Shown here: positions 29,062 to 39,385 of the stretch, piece after piece
Position numbering within the stretch: position 1 is the first letter of the stretch
Layout: each line of letters starts with the position of its first letter
NCBI GenBank assembly: GCA_965261805.1
Contig: OZ253483.1
Location: 328,187-392,186 of the forward strand
Source: Phototrophicaceae bacterium
GTDB lineage: Bacteria; Chloroflexota; Anaerolineae; Aggregatilineales; Phototrophicaceae
DNA length: 64,000 nt
Reading direction: 5' to 3'
Position numbers and translations under genes: made by a program
The notes under the pieces: generated by a model
Told to the model about the DNA's origin: nothing
Databases searched by the model: none
The model's input: only the letters and a program-made list of their open reading frames with translations

Positions 29062-29895
29062 ATGCCAATCAAGGTATACAAACCCACATCGCCCGGTCGC
29101 CGCGACATGACCGGCTTCTCCTTCGAGGAGATCACCAAGAGCAAGCCCGAGCGTTCGCTGACGCGCGCGCTGCGCAAGAAGGGCGGTCGCAACAATACCG
29201 GGCGCATCACGGTCCGGCACCGTGGCGGCGGGCACAAGCGGCGCTATCGGCTGATCGATTTCAAACGCGACAAAGAAGACTGCCGCGCCGAGGTCATCGC
29301 CATTGAATACGACCCCAACCGTTCGGCTCGCATCGCCCTGCTGCAATACGAAGATGGCGTGAAGAGTTATATCATCGCGCCGATGGGCGTATCGGTCGGC
29401 GATACGGTCGGCAATGGCGAGATGAGCGCCCTGCGCCCGGGCAACAGCCGCGCGCTCAAGGACATCCCGCTGGGCACAGTCGTGCACAATATCGAGATGC
29501 GGCCCGGCAAAGGCGCGCAGATCGCTCGCAGCGCCGGCACCTCGGCGCAAATCCTGGCCGCCGAAGGCAAGTATGTGACCCTGCGCCTGCCCAGTGGCGA
29601 GATGCGCATGATCCTGGGGAGCTGCCGCGCCACCATCGGTCAGGTGGGCAATGCCGAACATGGCAATGTCAAGCTGGGCAAGGCTGGTCGCAAACGCTGG
29701 CTGGGCTGGCGTCCGACTGTCCGCGGCACGGCGATGGACCCCGCCAGTCATCCTCATGGCGGCGGCGAGGGCAAAACAGGCATCGGCATGGCCGCGCCCA
29801 AGACGCCCTGGGGCAAGAAAGCGCTGGGCGTGCGTACGCGCCGCAACAAACGCACCAGCCGTTTCATTATTCGCCGCCGCGGCAAGCGCCGTTAA
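29062..29895 (+). CDS. rplB: 50S ribosomal protein L2
   Basis: [14 protein letters not shown]...[19 protein letters not shown]...HPHGGGEGK. Confidence 0.95.
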   Translation: MPIKVYKPTSPGRRDMTGFSFEEITKSKPERSLTRALRKKGGRNNTGRITVRHRGGGHKRRYRLIDFKRDKEDCRAEVIAIEYDPNRSARIALLQYEDGVKSYIIAPMGVSVGDTVGNGEMSALRPGNSRALKDIPLGTVVHNIEMRPGKGAQIARSAGTSAQILAAEGKYVTLRLPSGEMRMILGSCRATIGQVGNAEHGNVKLGKAGRKRWLGWRPTVRGTAMDPASHPHGGGEGKTGIGMAAPKTPWGKKALGVRTRRNKRTSRFIIRRRGKRR

Positions 29896-29910
29896 TCAGG
29901 AGGCAGCGCC

Positions 29911-30180
29911 ATGTCACGCTCATTGAAGAAGGGCTATTTCATTCAGCCCAAATTGCTGGAAAAGGTCGAGCGGCTCAACCGGCAGAACAAAAAGGTCGTC
30001 ATCCGCACCTGGAGCCGCGCCAGCACCATCTTCCCGCAGATGGTGGGGCATACAATCGCCGTGCACGACGGGCGGCGTCATGTGCCCATCTATATCACCG
30101 AAAATATGGTGGGGCACAAGTTGGGCGAATTCGCGCCGACGCGCACCTTCCGCGGACATATCACCGATAGCAGACGATAG
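29911..30180 (+). CDS. rpsS: 30S ribosomal protein S19
   Basis: [19 protein letters not shown]...[35 protein letters not shown]. Confidence 0.95.
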   Translation: MSRSLKKGYFIQPKLLEKVERLNRQNKKVVIRTWSRASTIFPQMVGHTIAVHDGRRHVPIYITENMVGHKLGEFAPTRTFRGHITDSRR

Positions 30181-30192
30181 GGACGAACCGAG

Positions 30193-30537
30193 ATGGAAGT
30201 ACGAGCGATTACCCGCTATCTGCCGATATCGCCACAAAAGCTGCGGCTGGTCTGCGACAAGGTGCGCGGGATGGATGCCGAAGAAGCGCTGGTCGTGCTG
30301 AAGTTCATGCCCCAAAAGGGTTCGGATTTCGTCAGCAAAACGCTGAATTCGGCGATGGCCAACGCCGTCAACAACTTCGACCTCAACCGCGAAGAGCTGT
30401 ATGTTTCGCAGATCTACGCCGGTGATGGTCCGACATTGAAGCGCTTCAAGGCTGGCGCGCGCGGCCGCTACAAACCGCGTTTGAAACGCACATCGCACCT
30501 GTGGGTGATGGTGGCAGAACGAGAGGAAGAAGACTAA
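30193..30537 (+). CDS. rplV: 50S ribosomal protein L22
   Basis: MEVRAITRYLPISPQKLRLVCDKVRG...; operon order. Confidence 0.95.
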   Translation: MEVRAITRYLPISPQKLRLVCDKVRGMDAEEALVVLKFMPQKGSDFVSKTLNSAMANAVNNFDLNREELYVSQIYAGDGPTLKRFKAGARGRYKPRLKRTSHLWVMVAEREEED

Positions 30538-31232
30538 TGGGACGCAAGGTTCATCCAAAAGGCTTTCGTCTTAAGGTAATCCGCGAGTGGGACGCCCGCT
30601 GGTATGCAGAGGGCGATCGCTTTGTCAACTTGCTGATGGAAGACCGGCAGATACGCAAGTTCATCCGCCAGAAGTCGACGCGCGCCGGCGTTTCGCGCAT
30701 TGAAATCGAACGCCAGCCCAACCTGGTCATTATCACCATCAACACCGTGCGGCCCGGGTTGATCATCGGACGCAAGGGCGAGGCGGTCAAAGAAATGCGC
30801 CAGCAGCTGCAAGATATGACTGGCAAGACCGTCAAAGTCGAAGTCAGCGAGATCGACAAGCCCGATCTGGATGCCAAGCTGGTGGCGGACAATGTGGCCA
30901 GCCAGTTGGTGCGGCGCATTGGGCACAACCGGGCGATGAAACGCGCGATCATGCAGGCGATGCGTCAAGGCGCTGGCGGCATCCGCATCGAAGTCAGCGG
31001 ACGGCTGGGCGGCTCGGACATGGCGCGGCGCGAATGGCTTTTTGACGGGCGCGTGCCCCGCAACACCCTGCGCGCCGATATTGATTATGGCTTTTCTGAA
31101 GCGCTGACGACTTTCGGGCAGATCGGCGTCAAAGTCTGGATTTACAAGGGCGACATCCTGCCGGGCGAAGACCCGTTCAGCACGGGCGCGCAACGCAGCA
31201 GTCAGCCCGATGGCAGACGCCGCCGCAACTAG
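30537..31232 (+). CDS. rpsC: 30S ribosomal protein S3
   Basis: [24 protein letters not shown]...; TAATG overlap with rplV. Confidence 0.95.
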   Translation: MGRKVHPKGFRLKVIREWDARWYAEGDRFVNLLMEDRQIRKFIRQKSTRAGVSRIEIERQPNLVIITINTVRPGLIIGRKGEAVKEMRQQLQDMTGKTVKVEVSEIDKPDLDAKLVADNVASQLVRRIGHNRAMKRAIMQAMRQGAGGIRIEVSGRLGGSDMARREWLFDGRVPRNTLRADIDYGFSEALTTFGQIGVKVWIYKGDILPGEDPFSTGAQRSSQPDGRRRRN

Positions 31233-31263
31233 CGGTCGCCGAAAAGCGAGGAGAGCAGCAACC

Positions 31264-31698
31264 ATGCTGATGCCGAAACGCAGAAAGTACAACAAACAGA
31301 TGCGCGGTCGCATGCGCGGCAAAGCCCGGCGTGGCGCAGTCGTGCAATTTGGCGATTACGGCTTGCAAGCGTTGGAGCCTAGCTGGGTCACCAGCCGCCA
31401 GATCGAAGCCTGCCGCCGAGCCATGGTGCGCTATATCCGCCGGCGCGGCAAAGTCTGGATCCGCATCTTCCCCGACAAGCCAGTCACCCAGAAAGCCGCC
31501 GAAACCCGCATGGGCAAAGGCAAAGGCTCGGTCGAGAAGTGGGTCTGCGTGGTCAAGCCAGGCCGCATCTTGTTTGAGATGAGCGGCGTGCCCGAAGACG
31601 ACGCCCGAGAAGCGCTGCGCCTCGCCGCGCACAAGCTGCCTATCAAGACCAAGTTCGTCAAGCGCTTTGATCCCATCTCCGGACGGGAGGTCAACTGA
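31264..31698 (+). CDS. rplP: 50S ribosomal protein L16
   Basis: [21 protein letters not shown]...[13 protein letters not shown]. Confidence 0.95.
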   Translation: MLMPKRRKYNKQMRGRMRGKARRGAVVQFGDYGLQALEPSWVTSRQIEACRRAMVRYIRRRGKVWIRIFPDKPVTQKAAETRMGKGKGSVEKWVCVVKPGRILFEMSGVPEDDAREALRLAAHKLPIKTKFVKRFDPISGREVN

Positions 31699-31925
31699 TG
31701 CATATAGACGAAATCCGCGAATTATCCAACGATGCCATCCTCGACCGAATCGAAGACCTTAAGGTGGAGATGTATACCTATCGCATCCAGCAGGCATCGG
31801 GCGAGTTAAAAGATACCACCCTGTTCCGCAAAGCCCGGCGCGATATCGCCCGGTTGAAAACTGCCCTGCGCGAGCGGGAGCTGGCGGCGGAACTGGTTGG
31901 GCAAGGGGGAAGCAATGCCGAATAA
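31698..31925 (+). CDS. rpmC: 50S ribosomal protein L29
   Basis: 75 aa, [27 protein letters not shown] pattern; operon order. Confidence 0.9.
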   Translation: MHIDEIRELSNDAILDRIEDLKVEMYTYRIQQASGELKDTTLFRKARRDIARLKTALRERELAAELVGQGGSNAE

Positions 31926-32175
31926 CCGCAAGCGCCTGGTGGGCACGGTCGTCAGCGACAAGATGCAGAAGACAGTCGTGGTCGCCATTGAAAACCGCAA
32001 GATGCACCCGGTGTATCACAAGGTCGTCACCTCCACAAAAAAGGTGATGGCGCATGACGAGACGGGCGCTGGCATCGGCGCGCTGGTGCGCATCGTGCAG
32101 AGCCGTCCCATCAGCAAACGCAAACGCTGGGTGGTCGAAGCCGTGCTGGAAGCGCCGCCCGAACTGGGCAGCTGA
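31915..32175 (+). CDS. rpsQ: 30S ribosomal protein S17
   Basis: [26 protein letters not shown]...YHKV... Confidence 0.93.
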   Translation: MPNNRKRLVGTVVSDKMQKTVVVAIENRKMHPVYHKVVTSTKKVMAHDETGAGIGALVRIVQSRPISKRKRWVVEAVLEAPPELGS

Positions 32176-32217
32176 GCCGGGCGCGGACACGCTGCCGAGA
32201 ACGGAGAGAGCAAAAAG

Positions 32218-32589
32218 ATGATTCAGACGGAATCGCGAATGAAAGTCGCCGACAACAGCGGCGCGCAGGAGATCCTGGTCATCCGCGTCATAGGTGGCTC
32301 GCGAGTCAAATACGGTTATGTTGGCGATATCGTTGTCGCGACGGTCAAGTCGGCTTCCACCAGCGGCGCTGTAAAAAAAGGCGAACTGGTGCGCGCGGTG
32401 ATCGTGCGAACACACAAAGAATATCGCCGTGCCGATGGCTCGACCATCCGCTTCGATGATAATGCGGCTGTCGTGCTGGCTGAAGACCTGGAAAACCCGC
32501 GTGGGACACGAGTCTTCGGTCCTGTGGCGCGCGAGTTGCGTGACAAGGGATTCATGAAGATCGTCTCGCTTGCGCCCGAGACTTTGTAG
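32218..32589 (+). CDS. rplN: 50S ribosomal protein L14
   Basis: [28 protein letters not shown]... Confidence 0.95.
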   Translation: MIQTESRMKVADNSGAQEILVIRVIGGSRVKYGYVGDIVVATVKSASTSGAVKKGELVRAVIVRTHKEYRRADGSTIRFDDNAAVVLAEDLENPRGTRVFGPVARELRDKGFMKIVSLAPETL

Positions 32590-32603
32590 CAGAGGACAGA
32601 CGA

Positions 32604-32930
32604 ATGCAACGAATACAGCAGGGAGACATGGTCGAGGTCATCGCCGGCCGAGACAAGGGTTCGCGCGGTGAGGTCGTCCGGGTACTGGTGAAGAAAAATC
32701 GTGTCATTGTCAATGGCATCAACATCTTGAAGCGGCACCGCAAGGCGCGTCCTGGTCCCGGTGGACAACAAATCCCCGCCCAGATTATGGAATTTGAAGC
32801 GCCGCTGCATTTGTCGAATGTGATGCTGGTCTGCCCGCACACCGACGAGCGTACGCGCGTCGGCTATCGCATGACGGAAGCTGGCAAGAAGACGCGTTAC
32901 AGCAAAAAAAGCGGCAGAAATATCGAATAG
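32604..32930 (+). CDS. rplX: 50S ribosomal protein L24
   Basis: [27 protein letters not shown]... KOW motif; operon order. Confidence 0.93.
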   Translation: MQRIQQGDMVEVIAGRDKGSRGEVVRVLVKKNRVIVNGINILKRHRKARPGPGGQQIPAQIMEFEAPLHLSNVMLVCPHTDERTRVGYRMTEAGKKTRYSKKSGRNIE

Positions 32931-32946
32931 CCAGGGCGAGGCGATT

Positions 32947-33489
32947 ATGGAAAACCGCATGTACACCCGCTATATTGAAGAAGTCGTGCCGACCCTGACG
33001 CAAGAATTCGGCTACACCAACCGCATGCAAGTGCCGACCATCAGCAAGATCACGCTGAACATCGGCGTTGGCGAAGCCATAGACGAGCCGCGCTCGCTGG
33101 ATGGCGCGGTGCAAGACCTGATGACGATCACCGGTCAGCAGCCGGTGGTGACGCGCGCCAAGAAGAGCATCGCCACCTACAAACTGCGCGAGGGCAGGGC
33201 GATCGGTGCCAAGGTTACGCTGCGCCGCGAACGCATGTGGGCGCTGTATGACCGACTCGTCAATATCGCGCTGCCACGCATCCGCGACTTTCGGGGCGTG
33301 CCCGCAAAGCTGGACGGCCGCGGCAACTTCACGGTCGGCCTGCGCGAGCAGCTGGTCTTCCCGGAGATCGACTTCGACAAGATCGACAAGGTGCGCGGGA
33401 TGGAAATCTCTATCGTGACCACCGCCAGGACTGACGAGGAAGGGCGGCGTTTGCTGGCATTGCTCGGCATGCCTTTCCAGGGGAACTAG
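32947..33489 (+). CDS. rplE: 50S ribosomal protein L5
   Basis: ...[36 protein letters not shown]... Confidence 0.95.
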   Translation: MENRMYTRYIEEVVPTLTQEFGYTNRMQVPTISKITLNIGVGEAIDEPRSLDGAVQDLMTITGQQPVVTRAKKSIATYKLREGRAIGAKVTLRRERMWALYDRLVNIALPRIRDFRGVPAKLDGRGNFTVGLREQLVFPEIDFDKIDKVRGMEISIVTTARTDEEGRRLLALLGMPFQGN

Positions 33490-33499
33490 AGGGGAAACT

Positions 33500-33682
33500 A
33501 TGGCGAAGAAATGTATGCAATATCGGGAAGAGCGGCGCAAATACCCGGTGCGCGTGCGCAACCGCTGCAAGGTGTGCGGGCGTCCGCGCGCGTATATCCG
33601 GCGCTTTGGCTTGTGTCGCATCTGCTTCCGAGAAATGGCGCTGGAAGGCGAGATTCCCGGCGTTGTAAAGTCGAGCTGGTAA
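33500..33682 (+). CDS. rpsN: 30S ribosomal protein S14, zinc-binding type Z (60 aa)
   Basis: [23 protein letters not shown] with CxxC...CxxC; operon order. Confidence 0.93.
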   Translation: MAKKCMQYREERRKYPVRVRNRCKVCGRPRAYIRRFGLCRICFREMALEGEIPGVVKSSW

Positions 33683-33695
33683 GGAGGCGGTACTC

Positions 33696-34109
33696 GTGTC
33701 TAATGTGACCAACGATCCAATTGCCGATATGCTGACGCGCATCCGCAACGCCCTGGTTCGCGGCAAGCCCGAAGTTATCGTGCCCAAATCGAAAATCAAG
33801 GTGGAGATCGCCCGCATCCTCAAGGAAGAGGGCTACATCCACGATTTCAGCATCGGCGACGAGAGTCCCGTGCCCTTGATCAATGTTCAGCTCAAATACA
33901 TCGGCAGTCGGCGCGATCGGCAGCCGGTCATCACGCAGCTGCGGCGCATCAGCAAGCCGGGGCGGCGCGTTTATCGCAAACGGCGCGAGCTGCCCATTGT
34001 GCTCAGCGGCACCGGCATCGCCATCGTCACCACGCCCAAGGGAGTGATGACAGCCCAGCAAGCGCGGCGAGATGGCGTCGGCGGCGAAGTGCTCTGCTAC
34101 ATCTGGTAG
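33696..34109 (+). CDS. rpsH: 30S ribosomal protein S8
   Basis: [14 protein letters not shown]...EGYI...GGEVLCYIW. Confidence 0.95.
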   Translation: MSNVTNDPIADMLTRIRNALVRGKPEVIVPKSKIKVEIARILKEEGYIHDFSIGDESPVPLINVQLKYIGSRRDRQPVITQLRRISKPGRRVYRKRRELPIVLSGTGIAIVTTPKGVMTAQQARRDGVGGEVLCYIW

Positions 34110-34126
34110 GCGGAAAGGGAAGCGCA

Positions 34127-34675
34127 ATGTCACGCGTAGGCAAGCAGCCGGTCGTGCTGCCAGACAAAGTCAGCGTCAGCATCGACCGCAGCAGCGTCAC
34201 GATCAGCGGGCCCAAGGGTCAACTGAGCCGCGACTTCAACCCCGATATGGCGATCCGCCAGGAGAATGGCAGCATCGTTGTCGATCGCCCGTCCGACCAG
34301 CGGCATCACAAGGCGCTGCACGGCTTGACGCGCGCCCTGCTGGCAAACATGGTCGAGGGCGTTTCCAACGGCTATCGCAAGACCCTGCAAATCCAGGGCG
34401 TCGGCTATCAGGCGACCCTGCAGGGCAGCAAATTGCAGCTGCGGCTGGGACATTCCCATGAGGTCATCGTCGAGCCGCCCGCCAATATCACTTTCGATGT
34501 GCCGAAAGATTCGCGTGGCACCATCATCCATGTCGACGGGATCGACAAGCAAGTGGTCGGACAGGTGGCGGCGGATATCCGCGGCTGGCGGCCGCCCGAA
34601 CCATACAAGGGCAAAGGCGTGCGCTATCTGGGCGAATATGTGCGGCGCAAAGCTGGCAAAGCCGGCAAACGCTAG
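34127..34675 (+). CDS. rplF: 50S ribosomal protein L6
   Basis: MSRVGKQPVVLPDKVSVSI...GPKG...PEPYKGKGVRY. Confidence 0.95.
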   Translation: MSRVGKQPVVLPDKVSVSIDRSSVTISGPKGQLSRDFNPDMAIRQENGSIVVDRPSDQRHHKALHGLTRALLANMVEGVSNGYRKTLQIQGVGYQATLQGSKLQLRLGHSHEVIVEPPANITFDVPKDSRGTIIHVDGIDKQVVGQVAADIRGWRPPEPYKGKGVRYLGEYVRRKAGKAGKR

Positions 34676-34702
34676 CCGGGCGCGAAACGAGGAATTGGAA
34701 CG

Positions 34703-35077
34703 ATGGCAGATATCATTGGTCGCAGAAAAGTATTGGCGCGCAAAAGACGGCATCGGCGCGTGCGCAGGCGAATCTCGGGCACGGCTGAGCGTCCGCGCAT
34801 GAATGTCTACCGCAGCAACCGCAACACCTTCGTGCAGGTCATTGACGATGTCGCCGGACGCACCCTGGTCGCTTGTTCGACCATCGACCGCGAACTGGCG
34901 CCGCAGCTGGGCGACAGCAGCAAGCTGGAAGCCGCCAAGCTGGTCGGGCAGAAAGTTGCTGAGCGCGCCCAGGCGGCTGGCATCAGCGCGGTGGTGTTTG
35001 ACCGCGGCGGATTTACCTACACCGGACGGGTGGCGGCGGTTGCGCAGGCTGCCCGCGAAGCCGGACTGCAAGTTTAG
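34703..35077 (+). CDS. rplR: 50S ribosomal protein L18
   Basis: ...[34 protein letters not shown]...[24 protein letters not shown]. Confidence 0.95.
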   Translation: MADIIGRRKVLARKRRHRRVRRRISGTAERPRMNVYRSNRNTFVQVIDDVAGRTLVACSTIDRELAPQLGDSSKLEAAKLVGQKVAERAQAAGISAVVFDRGGFTYTGRVAAVAQAAREAGLQV

Positions 35078-35092
35078 GCGGGAGTTGAAAAG

Positions 35093-35656
35093 ATGGCAGA
35101 TCGCAGAAGGCGAGATTCGCGTCGCGGCCGAGACGAAGAACGCGACGAATTTGACGAGCGCGTGGTGGATATCCGCCGCGTGGCAAAAGTAATCAAGGGC
35201 GGACGGCGTTTCGCTTTTCGCACCGTGGTCGTTGTCGGCGACAGCAAAGGCCGAGTCGGCATCGGCATCGGCAAGGCGCGCGCTGTGCCCGACAGCATCC
35301 GCAAAGCATCGGAGCGGGCGCGTCGCAGCATAGAAACGGTCGCCCTGTCTGGTACGACCATCCCCTACACCGTGACCGGGCGTCACGGCGGGGCGCGCGT
35401 GCTGTTGAAGCCGGCTGCGCCAGGCACCGGTGTCATCGCTGGCGGTGGCGTCCGCGCTGTGCTCGAGGTGGTCGGCGTTCGCAATATCCTGACCAAGAGC
35501 CAGGGCAGCGCCAACTTGCTGAATGTGACCATGGCCACCCTGGATGCGCTCAAGCAGCTGCGCAGCGCCGCGCGAATCGCCGAGATGCGGGGCAAACGTC
35601 CTCACGAAGTCGCGCCATTCTGGGAGCGCCGCCGCGAAGGAGCCGAAAATGTCTGA
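35093..35656 (+). CDS. rpsE: 30S ribosomal protein S5
   Basis: ...[43 protein letters not shown]. Confidence 0.95.
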   Translation: MADRRRRDSRRGRDEERDEFDERVVDIRRVAKVIKGGRRFAFRTVVVVGDSKGRVGIGIGKARAVPDSIRKASERARRSIETVALSGTTIPYTVTGRHGGARVLLKPAAPGTGVIAGGGVRAVLEVVGVRNILTKSQGSANLLNVTMATLDALKQLRSAARIAEMRGKRPHEVAPFWERRREGAENV

Positions 35657-35849
35657 GCGCGCTGGCAAGCTGCTGAAAGTCACCTTGGTCAAAAGCCCGA
35701 TCGGCTATAACAGCCGCCAAAAAGCGACCGTCAAATCGCTGGGCTTGCGGCGGATGCGCCAATCGGTGCTCATCGGCGATGCGCCCCAAATCCGGGGCAT
35801 GATCGCCAAGGTCAGCCATTTGGTGGCGGTAGAAGAGGTGCAAACATGA
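35649..35849 (+). CDS. rpmD: 50S ribosomal protein L30
   Basis: [36 protein letters not shown]...; internal ATG of the listed ORF, 8-nt overlap with rpsE. Confidence 0.9.
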   Translation: MSERAGKLLKVTLVKSPIGYNSRQKATVKSLGLRRMRQSVLIGDAPQIRGMIAKVSHLVAVEEVQT

Positions 35850-36379
35850 AATTGCATGATTTGAAGCCTGACAAAGGCAGCAGGCGCAGACGCAGACGCG
35901 TCGGGCGTGGCATCGCCGCTGGTCAAGGCAAGACAGCCGGGCGCGGCCACAAAGGCCAAGGCGCGCGCAGTGGCGGCGGCAAAGGTCCGTACTTTGAAGG
36001 CGGACAGCTGCCCATGGTGCGGCGTCTGCCTTTCAAGCGCGGCTTCACCAATATCTTCGGCATCGTCTTCCAGGAAGTGAATGTCGATATGCTGGAAGCG
36101 CGCTTTGACGATGGCGCTGTGGTCAATGGCGCGGCGCTGGCAGCGGCTGGCCTGGTGCGCGATGCCGAAAAGCCAATCAAGGTGCTGGGACGCGGCGAGC
36201 TGGCCAAGAAGCTGGAAGTGCACGCCAACAAGTTCACCAAAAGCGCTGCGGCCAAGATCGAAGCGGCCGGCGGCTCTGCCCATGCCCACGCATTGAAAGT
36301 GACCGGCGCGCGCGCAACGGTCAAACGGCTGCGCAAGGTCGATCTGCAGCGGCTGTATGGCGAGGCTGACCAGGCTTAG
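35846..36379 (+). CDS. rplO: 50S ribosomal protein L15
   Basis: [38 protein letters not shown]...; ATGA overlap with rpmD. Confidence 0.95.
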   Translation: MKLHDLKPDKGSRRRRRRVGRGIAAGQGKTAGRGHKGQGARSGGGKGPYFEGGQLPMVRRLPFKRGFTNIFGIVFQEVNVDMLEARFDDGAVVNGAALAAAGLVRDAEKPIKVLGRGELAKKLEVHANKFTKSAAAKIEAAGGSAHAHALKVTGARATVKRLRKVDLQRLYGEADQA

Positions 36380-36417
36380 CCAGCACGCGGCGCAGGAGTG
36401 ATTGAGGACAAGGTCTG

Positions 36418-37764
36418 ATGATACAAGCATTGCGTAACGCTTGGCGCTTGCCAGATGTGCGTAACAAGCTGCTGTTTACCACCTTCATTCTGATCGTCTA
36501 CCAATTCGCCGCGCATGTGCCGGTGGTGGGCGTCGATCGGAATGTGCTGCGCCAGGTATTTGAGAGCGGCAGCAGCGCTGGCAACTTGATCCAGGTGATG
36601 AACCTGCTTTCGGGCGGGGCGGTCGCCAACTTCAGCGTCATTGCCAACGGCGTCTATCCCTACATCACCGCTTCCATCATCTTCCAGCTGCTGGTGCCAA
36701 TCGTGCCGGCGCTGGAACGAATCCAACGCGAGCCGGGCGGCCAAGAGAAGATCCAGCGCTATACCTATTATGTAGCCATCCCCATGGCGGTATTGCAGGC
36801 GCTGGGGCAGATCAGCATTTTCAATCTGGCGACTGGCACTGGCGCAGAGATTATCCCCGGCTTCGGCTTCGGCATCGGCAGCAACATCCTGCTGACGGTA
36901 TCCGTGCTGACGACCATGACGGCGGGCACGATGTTCGCCATCTGGCTGGGCGAACTGATCACCGAGCAGGGCATCGGCAACGGCATATCCATCATCATTT
37001 TCGCCGGCATTGTGGCGCAAGCCCCGCAGAACCTGATCCAGCTGTTGACGCAGCAGCCCGACCGAACGCTCTACAACCTGGCGCTCTTCATCGTCATTAC
37101 GGTGCTCAGCGTGCTGGCTGTGGTGGTGATCCAGGAAGGCGTGCGCCGCGTGCCGGTTCAGTATGGGCGGCGCGTGCGCGGCAACCGGCAATTTGCCCAG
37201 CAAGACAGCTTCATCCCCCTGCGCGTCAACCCGGTGGGCATGATCCCGCTGATATTCGCCCAGTCGATCATCACCTTCCCGGCCATTATCGCCAGTTTGT
37301 TTCCGCCGGGCGCGGTCGGCAACACCATCCAGACGACCTTCGGCAACCAGCAGGGTCTGCTGTATTGGGGCACTTTCTTCCTGATGACGGTCGGTTTCAC
37401 CTTCTTCTATGCAGAAGTCATGGTGGGCAACCAGAATTTGGCGGAGAATTTGCAGCGCAATGGCGGCTTTATCCCGGGCATCCGACCGGGCAAGCGCACC
37501 GAAGACTTCATCAAATCGACGACGCGGCGCATCACTTTTGTGGGCGCCTTCTTCCTGGGTGTCATCGCCATCATCCCGGGCATGGTCGACCTGGTCAATC
37601 GCATCATTTTTCCGCTGGAGGCTTCGGCAGGCGGCGCGGTCATCAATGCCGGGCTGGTGATTTCCGGCTCTGGCTTGATCATCGTAGTCGGCGTAGTCAT
37701 CGACACCATGCGCCAGCTGGAAGCGCAGTTGGTCATGCGCAACTACGAAGGCTTTATGCGCTAG
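36418..37764 (+). CDS. secY: Preprotein translocase subunit SecY
   Basis: 448 aa, ten TM pattern, ...FSVIANGVYPYITASIIFQLL..., ...GELITEQGIGNGISIIIFAGIV... Confidence 0.95.
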   Translation: MIQALRNAWRLPDVRNKLLFTTFILIVYQFAAHVPVVGVDRNVLRQVFESGSSAGNLIQVMNLLSGGAVANFSVIANGVYPYITASIIFQLLVPIVPALERIQREPGGQEKIQRYTYYVAIPMAVLQALGQISIFNLATGTGAEIIPGFGFGIGSNILLTVSVLTTMTAGTMFAIWLGELITEQGIGNGISIIIFAGIVAQAPQNLIQLLTQQPDRTLYNLALFIVITVLSVLAVVVIQEGVRRVPVQYGRRVRGNRQFAQQDSFIPLRVNPVGMIPLIFAQSIITFPAIIASLFPPGAVGNTIQTTFGNQQGLLYWGTFFLMTVGFTFFYAEVMVGNQNLAENLQRNGGFIPGIRPGKRTEDFIKSTTRRITFVGAFFLGVIAIIPGMVDLVNRIIFPLEASAGGAVINAGLVISGSGLIIVVGVVIDTMRQLEAQLVMRNYEGFMR

Positions 37765-37790
37765 TCGCGGACGAGCCATTTTCGATCCTG

Positions 37791-37825
37791 GAGCCGGGCG
37801 CTGCGAATGCTCGGCTCTATTTTTG
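37791..37825 (+). terminator. Candidate intrinsic terminator/attenuator between secY and adk
   Basis: GAGCCGGGC (37791-37799) pairs with GCTCGGCTC (37809-37817), followed by TATTTTTG. Confidence 0.55.
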
Positions 37826-37862
37826 TCCGCAGCTCGCGGATGAGAGTGGGGTGAGCCATATT

Positions 37863-38564
37863 ATGAGCTTGAATGTGATATTGATGGGCGTGCAGGGCGC
37901 TGGCAAGGGTTTGCAAGCCAAACGAATCGAAACGCGCTTTGGCATCCTGCAAGTGTCGACCGGTGACTTGTTCCGGGCGATGCGCGCACGCAGCGATACG
38001 CTGGCTCGCAAAGTGCAAGACCTAATGGCGGCGGGCATTCTCATTGATGACGACACTACCAATGCCATCGTCGCCGACCGACTGGCGCAGCCCGATGCCC
38101 GCAACGGCGTCATCCTGGATGGCTACCCGCGCAACAAGGCGCAAGCAGCTTTCCTGGAAGACCACCTGGCACAACAGGGCGCGAGCGTCGATGCGGTGCT
38201 GTTGCTGGAGCTGGACCTGTATGTCGCCTTCAAACGCGCTTTCGGACGGGTGACCGCAGCAGATGGCAGCAGCTACAATTGTTATTACAAAGTCGAAGAG
38301 GTCGATTTCAACTGGCTGGCCGATGAAAGCGGACGATTCCCGCCGCGCCTGGAAGCGACCCGGGCCGGCAGCGACGCGCCACTCAAGCGCAGGCCCGATG
38401 ATGCCAGCGCCGATGCCATCATCAAGCGCATCGATACCTTCCTGGAGACGACGCAGCCGCTGATCGATTACTTTGCCGCCAAGGGTCTCCTGCGCAAGGT
38501 CAACGCCGACCAAAGCATTGAAGCGGTCTGGGCAGAAATCGAGCGCGCGCTGGACCAAGCCTGA
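37863..38564 (+). CDS. adk: Adenylate kinase (long, cysteine-poor LID)
   Basis: MSLNVILMGVQGAGKGLQA P-loop, VSTGDLFR, ILDGYPRN, RRPDD motifs; the upstream part of the listed 399-aa ORF is a shadow of secY. Confidence 0.92.
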   Translation: MSLNVILMGVQGAGKGLQAKRIETRFGILQVSTGDLFRAMRARSDTLARKVQDLMAAGILIDDDTTNAIVADRLAQPDARNGVILDGYPRNKAQAAFLEDHLAQQGASVDAVLLLELDLYVAFKRAFGRVTAADGSSYNCYYKVEEVDFNWLADESGRFPPRLEATRAGSDAPLKRRPDDASADAIIKRIDTFLETTQPLIDYFAAKGLLRKVNADQSIEAVWAEIERALDQA

Positions 38565-39385
38565 TGTTCGCGCAATCCACCGAAGAACAGCCAGCCCCCG
38601 TGCTCAAGACGCCCGAAGAAATCGCGATCATGCGCGAGGCGGGTCGCATTGTCGCCATAGCGCACGAAGCGGTTCGGCAGGCTGTCGCGCCTGGCGTCAG
38701 CACCAAGACGCTCGATACGATCGCCGAGACGGTCCTGCGCGACCATTGCGCAGAGCCCAGCTTTCTCGGTTATGTGCAAGGCGACCGCCCGCCTTATCCC
38801 GCCACCATCACCGCTTCTATCAATCACGAGCTGGTGCATGGCATCCCGTCCGAGTCGCGAATCCTGCGCGAAGGCGATATCATCGGCATCGATCTCGCCT
38901 GCAAGTATCGCGGCTTCATCGGCGATGCGGCTTATACACACGCGGTTGGGCAAGCATCGCGGGCGGCGCGGCGGCTCATGCAAGCCACGGAGGCGGCGCT
39001 GGCGGCAGCCATCCAGGCTTCGACGCTGGGCAAGCGCATCAGCGATGTCGCCAGAGCAACTGCCAAAACAGCCGGGCGCATGGGCTACAGCGTGGCGCTG
39101 GAATACACGGGGCACGGCGTTGGACGCGCCATGCACGAAGCGCCCCAGGTGCCAAACTGGTGGCACAGCCGCAAAAGCAAATTTCAATGGCAAGACCATG
39201 ACCTGCAGATCGGCATGACTTATGCCATAGAACCCATGCTCATCGCTGGCCGACCCGAACTGGTCGAGCTGGACGATGGCTGGACAGTCGCAACTAAAGA
39301 TGGCTCATTGACGGCTCACTTCGAACACACGATCGCCATCACCGAAGCGGGTCCTTGTATCCTGACTTTAGGCAGCCAATCATAA
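38564..39385 (+). CDS. map: Type I methionine aminopeptidase
   Basis: KTPEEIAIMREAGRIVA..., GDIIGIDL..., YTGHGVGRAMHE..., FEHTIAIT metal-ligand motifs; TGATG overlap with adk. Confidence 0.93.
   Translation: MFAQSTEEQPAPVLKTPEEIAIMREAGRIVAIAHEAVRQAVAPGVSTKTLDTIAETVLRDHCAEPSFLGYVQGDRPPYPATITASINHELVHGIPSESRILREGDIIGIDLACKYRGFIGDAAYTHAVGQASRAARRLMQATEAALAAAIQASTLGKRISDVARATAKTAGRMGYSVALEYTGHGVGRAMHEAPQVPNWWHSRKSKFQWQDHDLQIGMTYAIEPMLIAGRPELVELDDGWTVATKDGSLTAHFEHTIAITEAGPCILTLGSQS

Noticed and set aside
34130-35692. 520-aa minus-strand ORF inside the ribosomal protein cluster. Similar ORFs: 23448-25328, 36376-37779, 39772-41004, 42267-43598 and 45920-47281 on the minus strand.
   Set aside because: All are antisense to unmistakable conserved genes (rplF-rpsE, fusA, secY, the hydrolase, rpoA/rplQ, the yabN-like gene). 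They have Arg/His/Asp-rich compositions without recognisable domains, so they are shadow ORFs.
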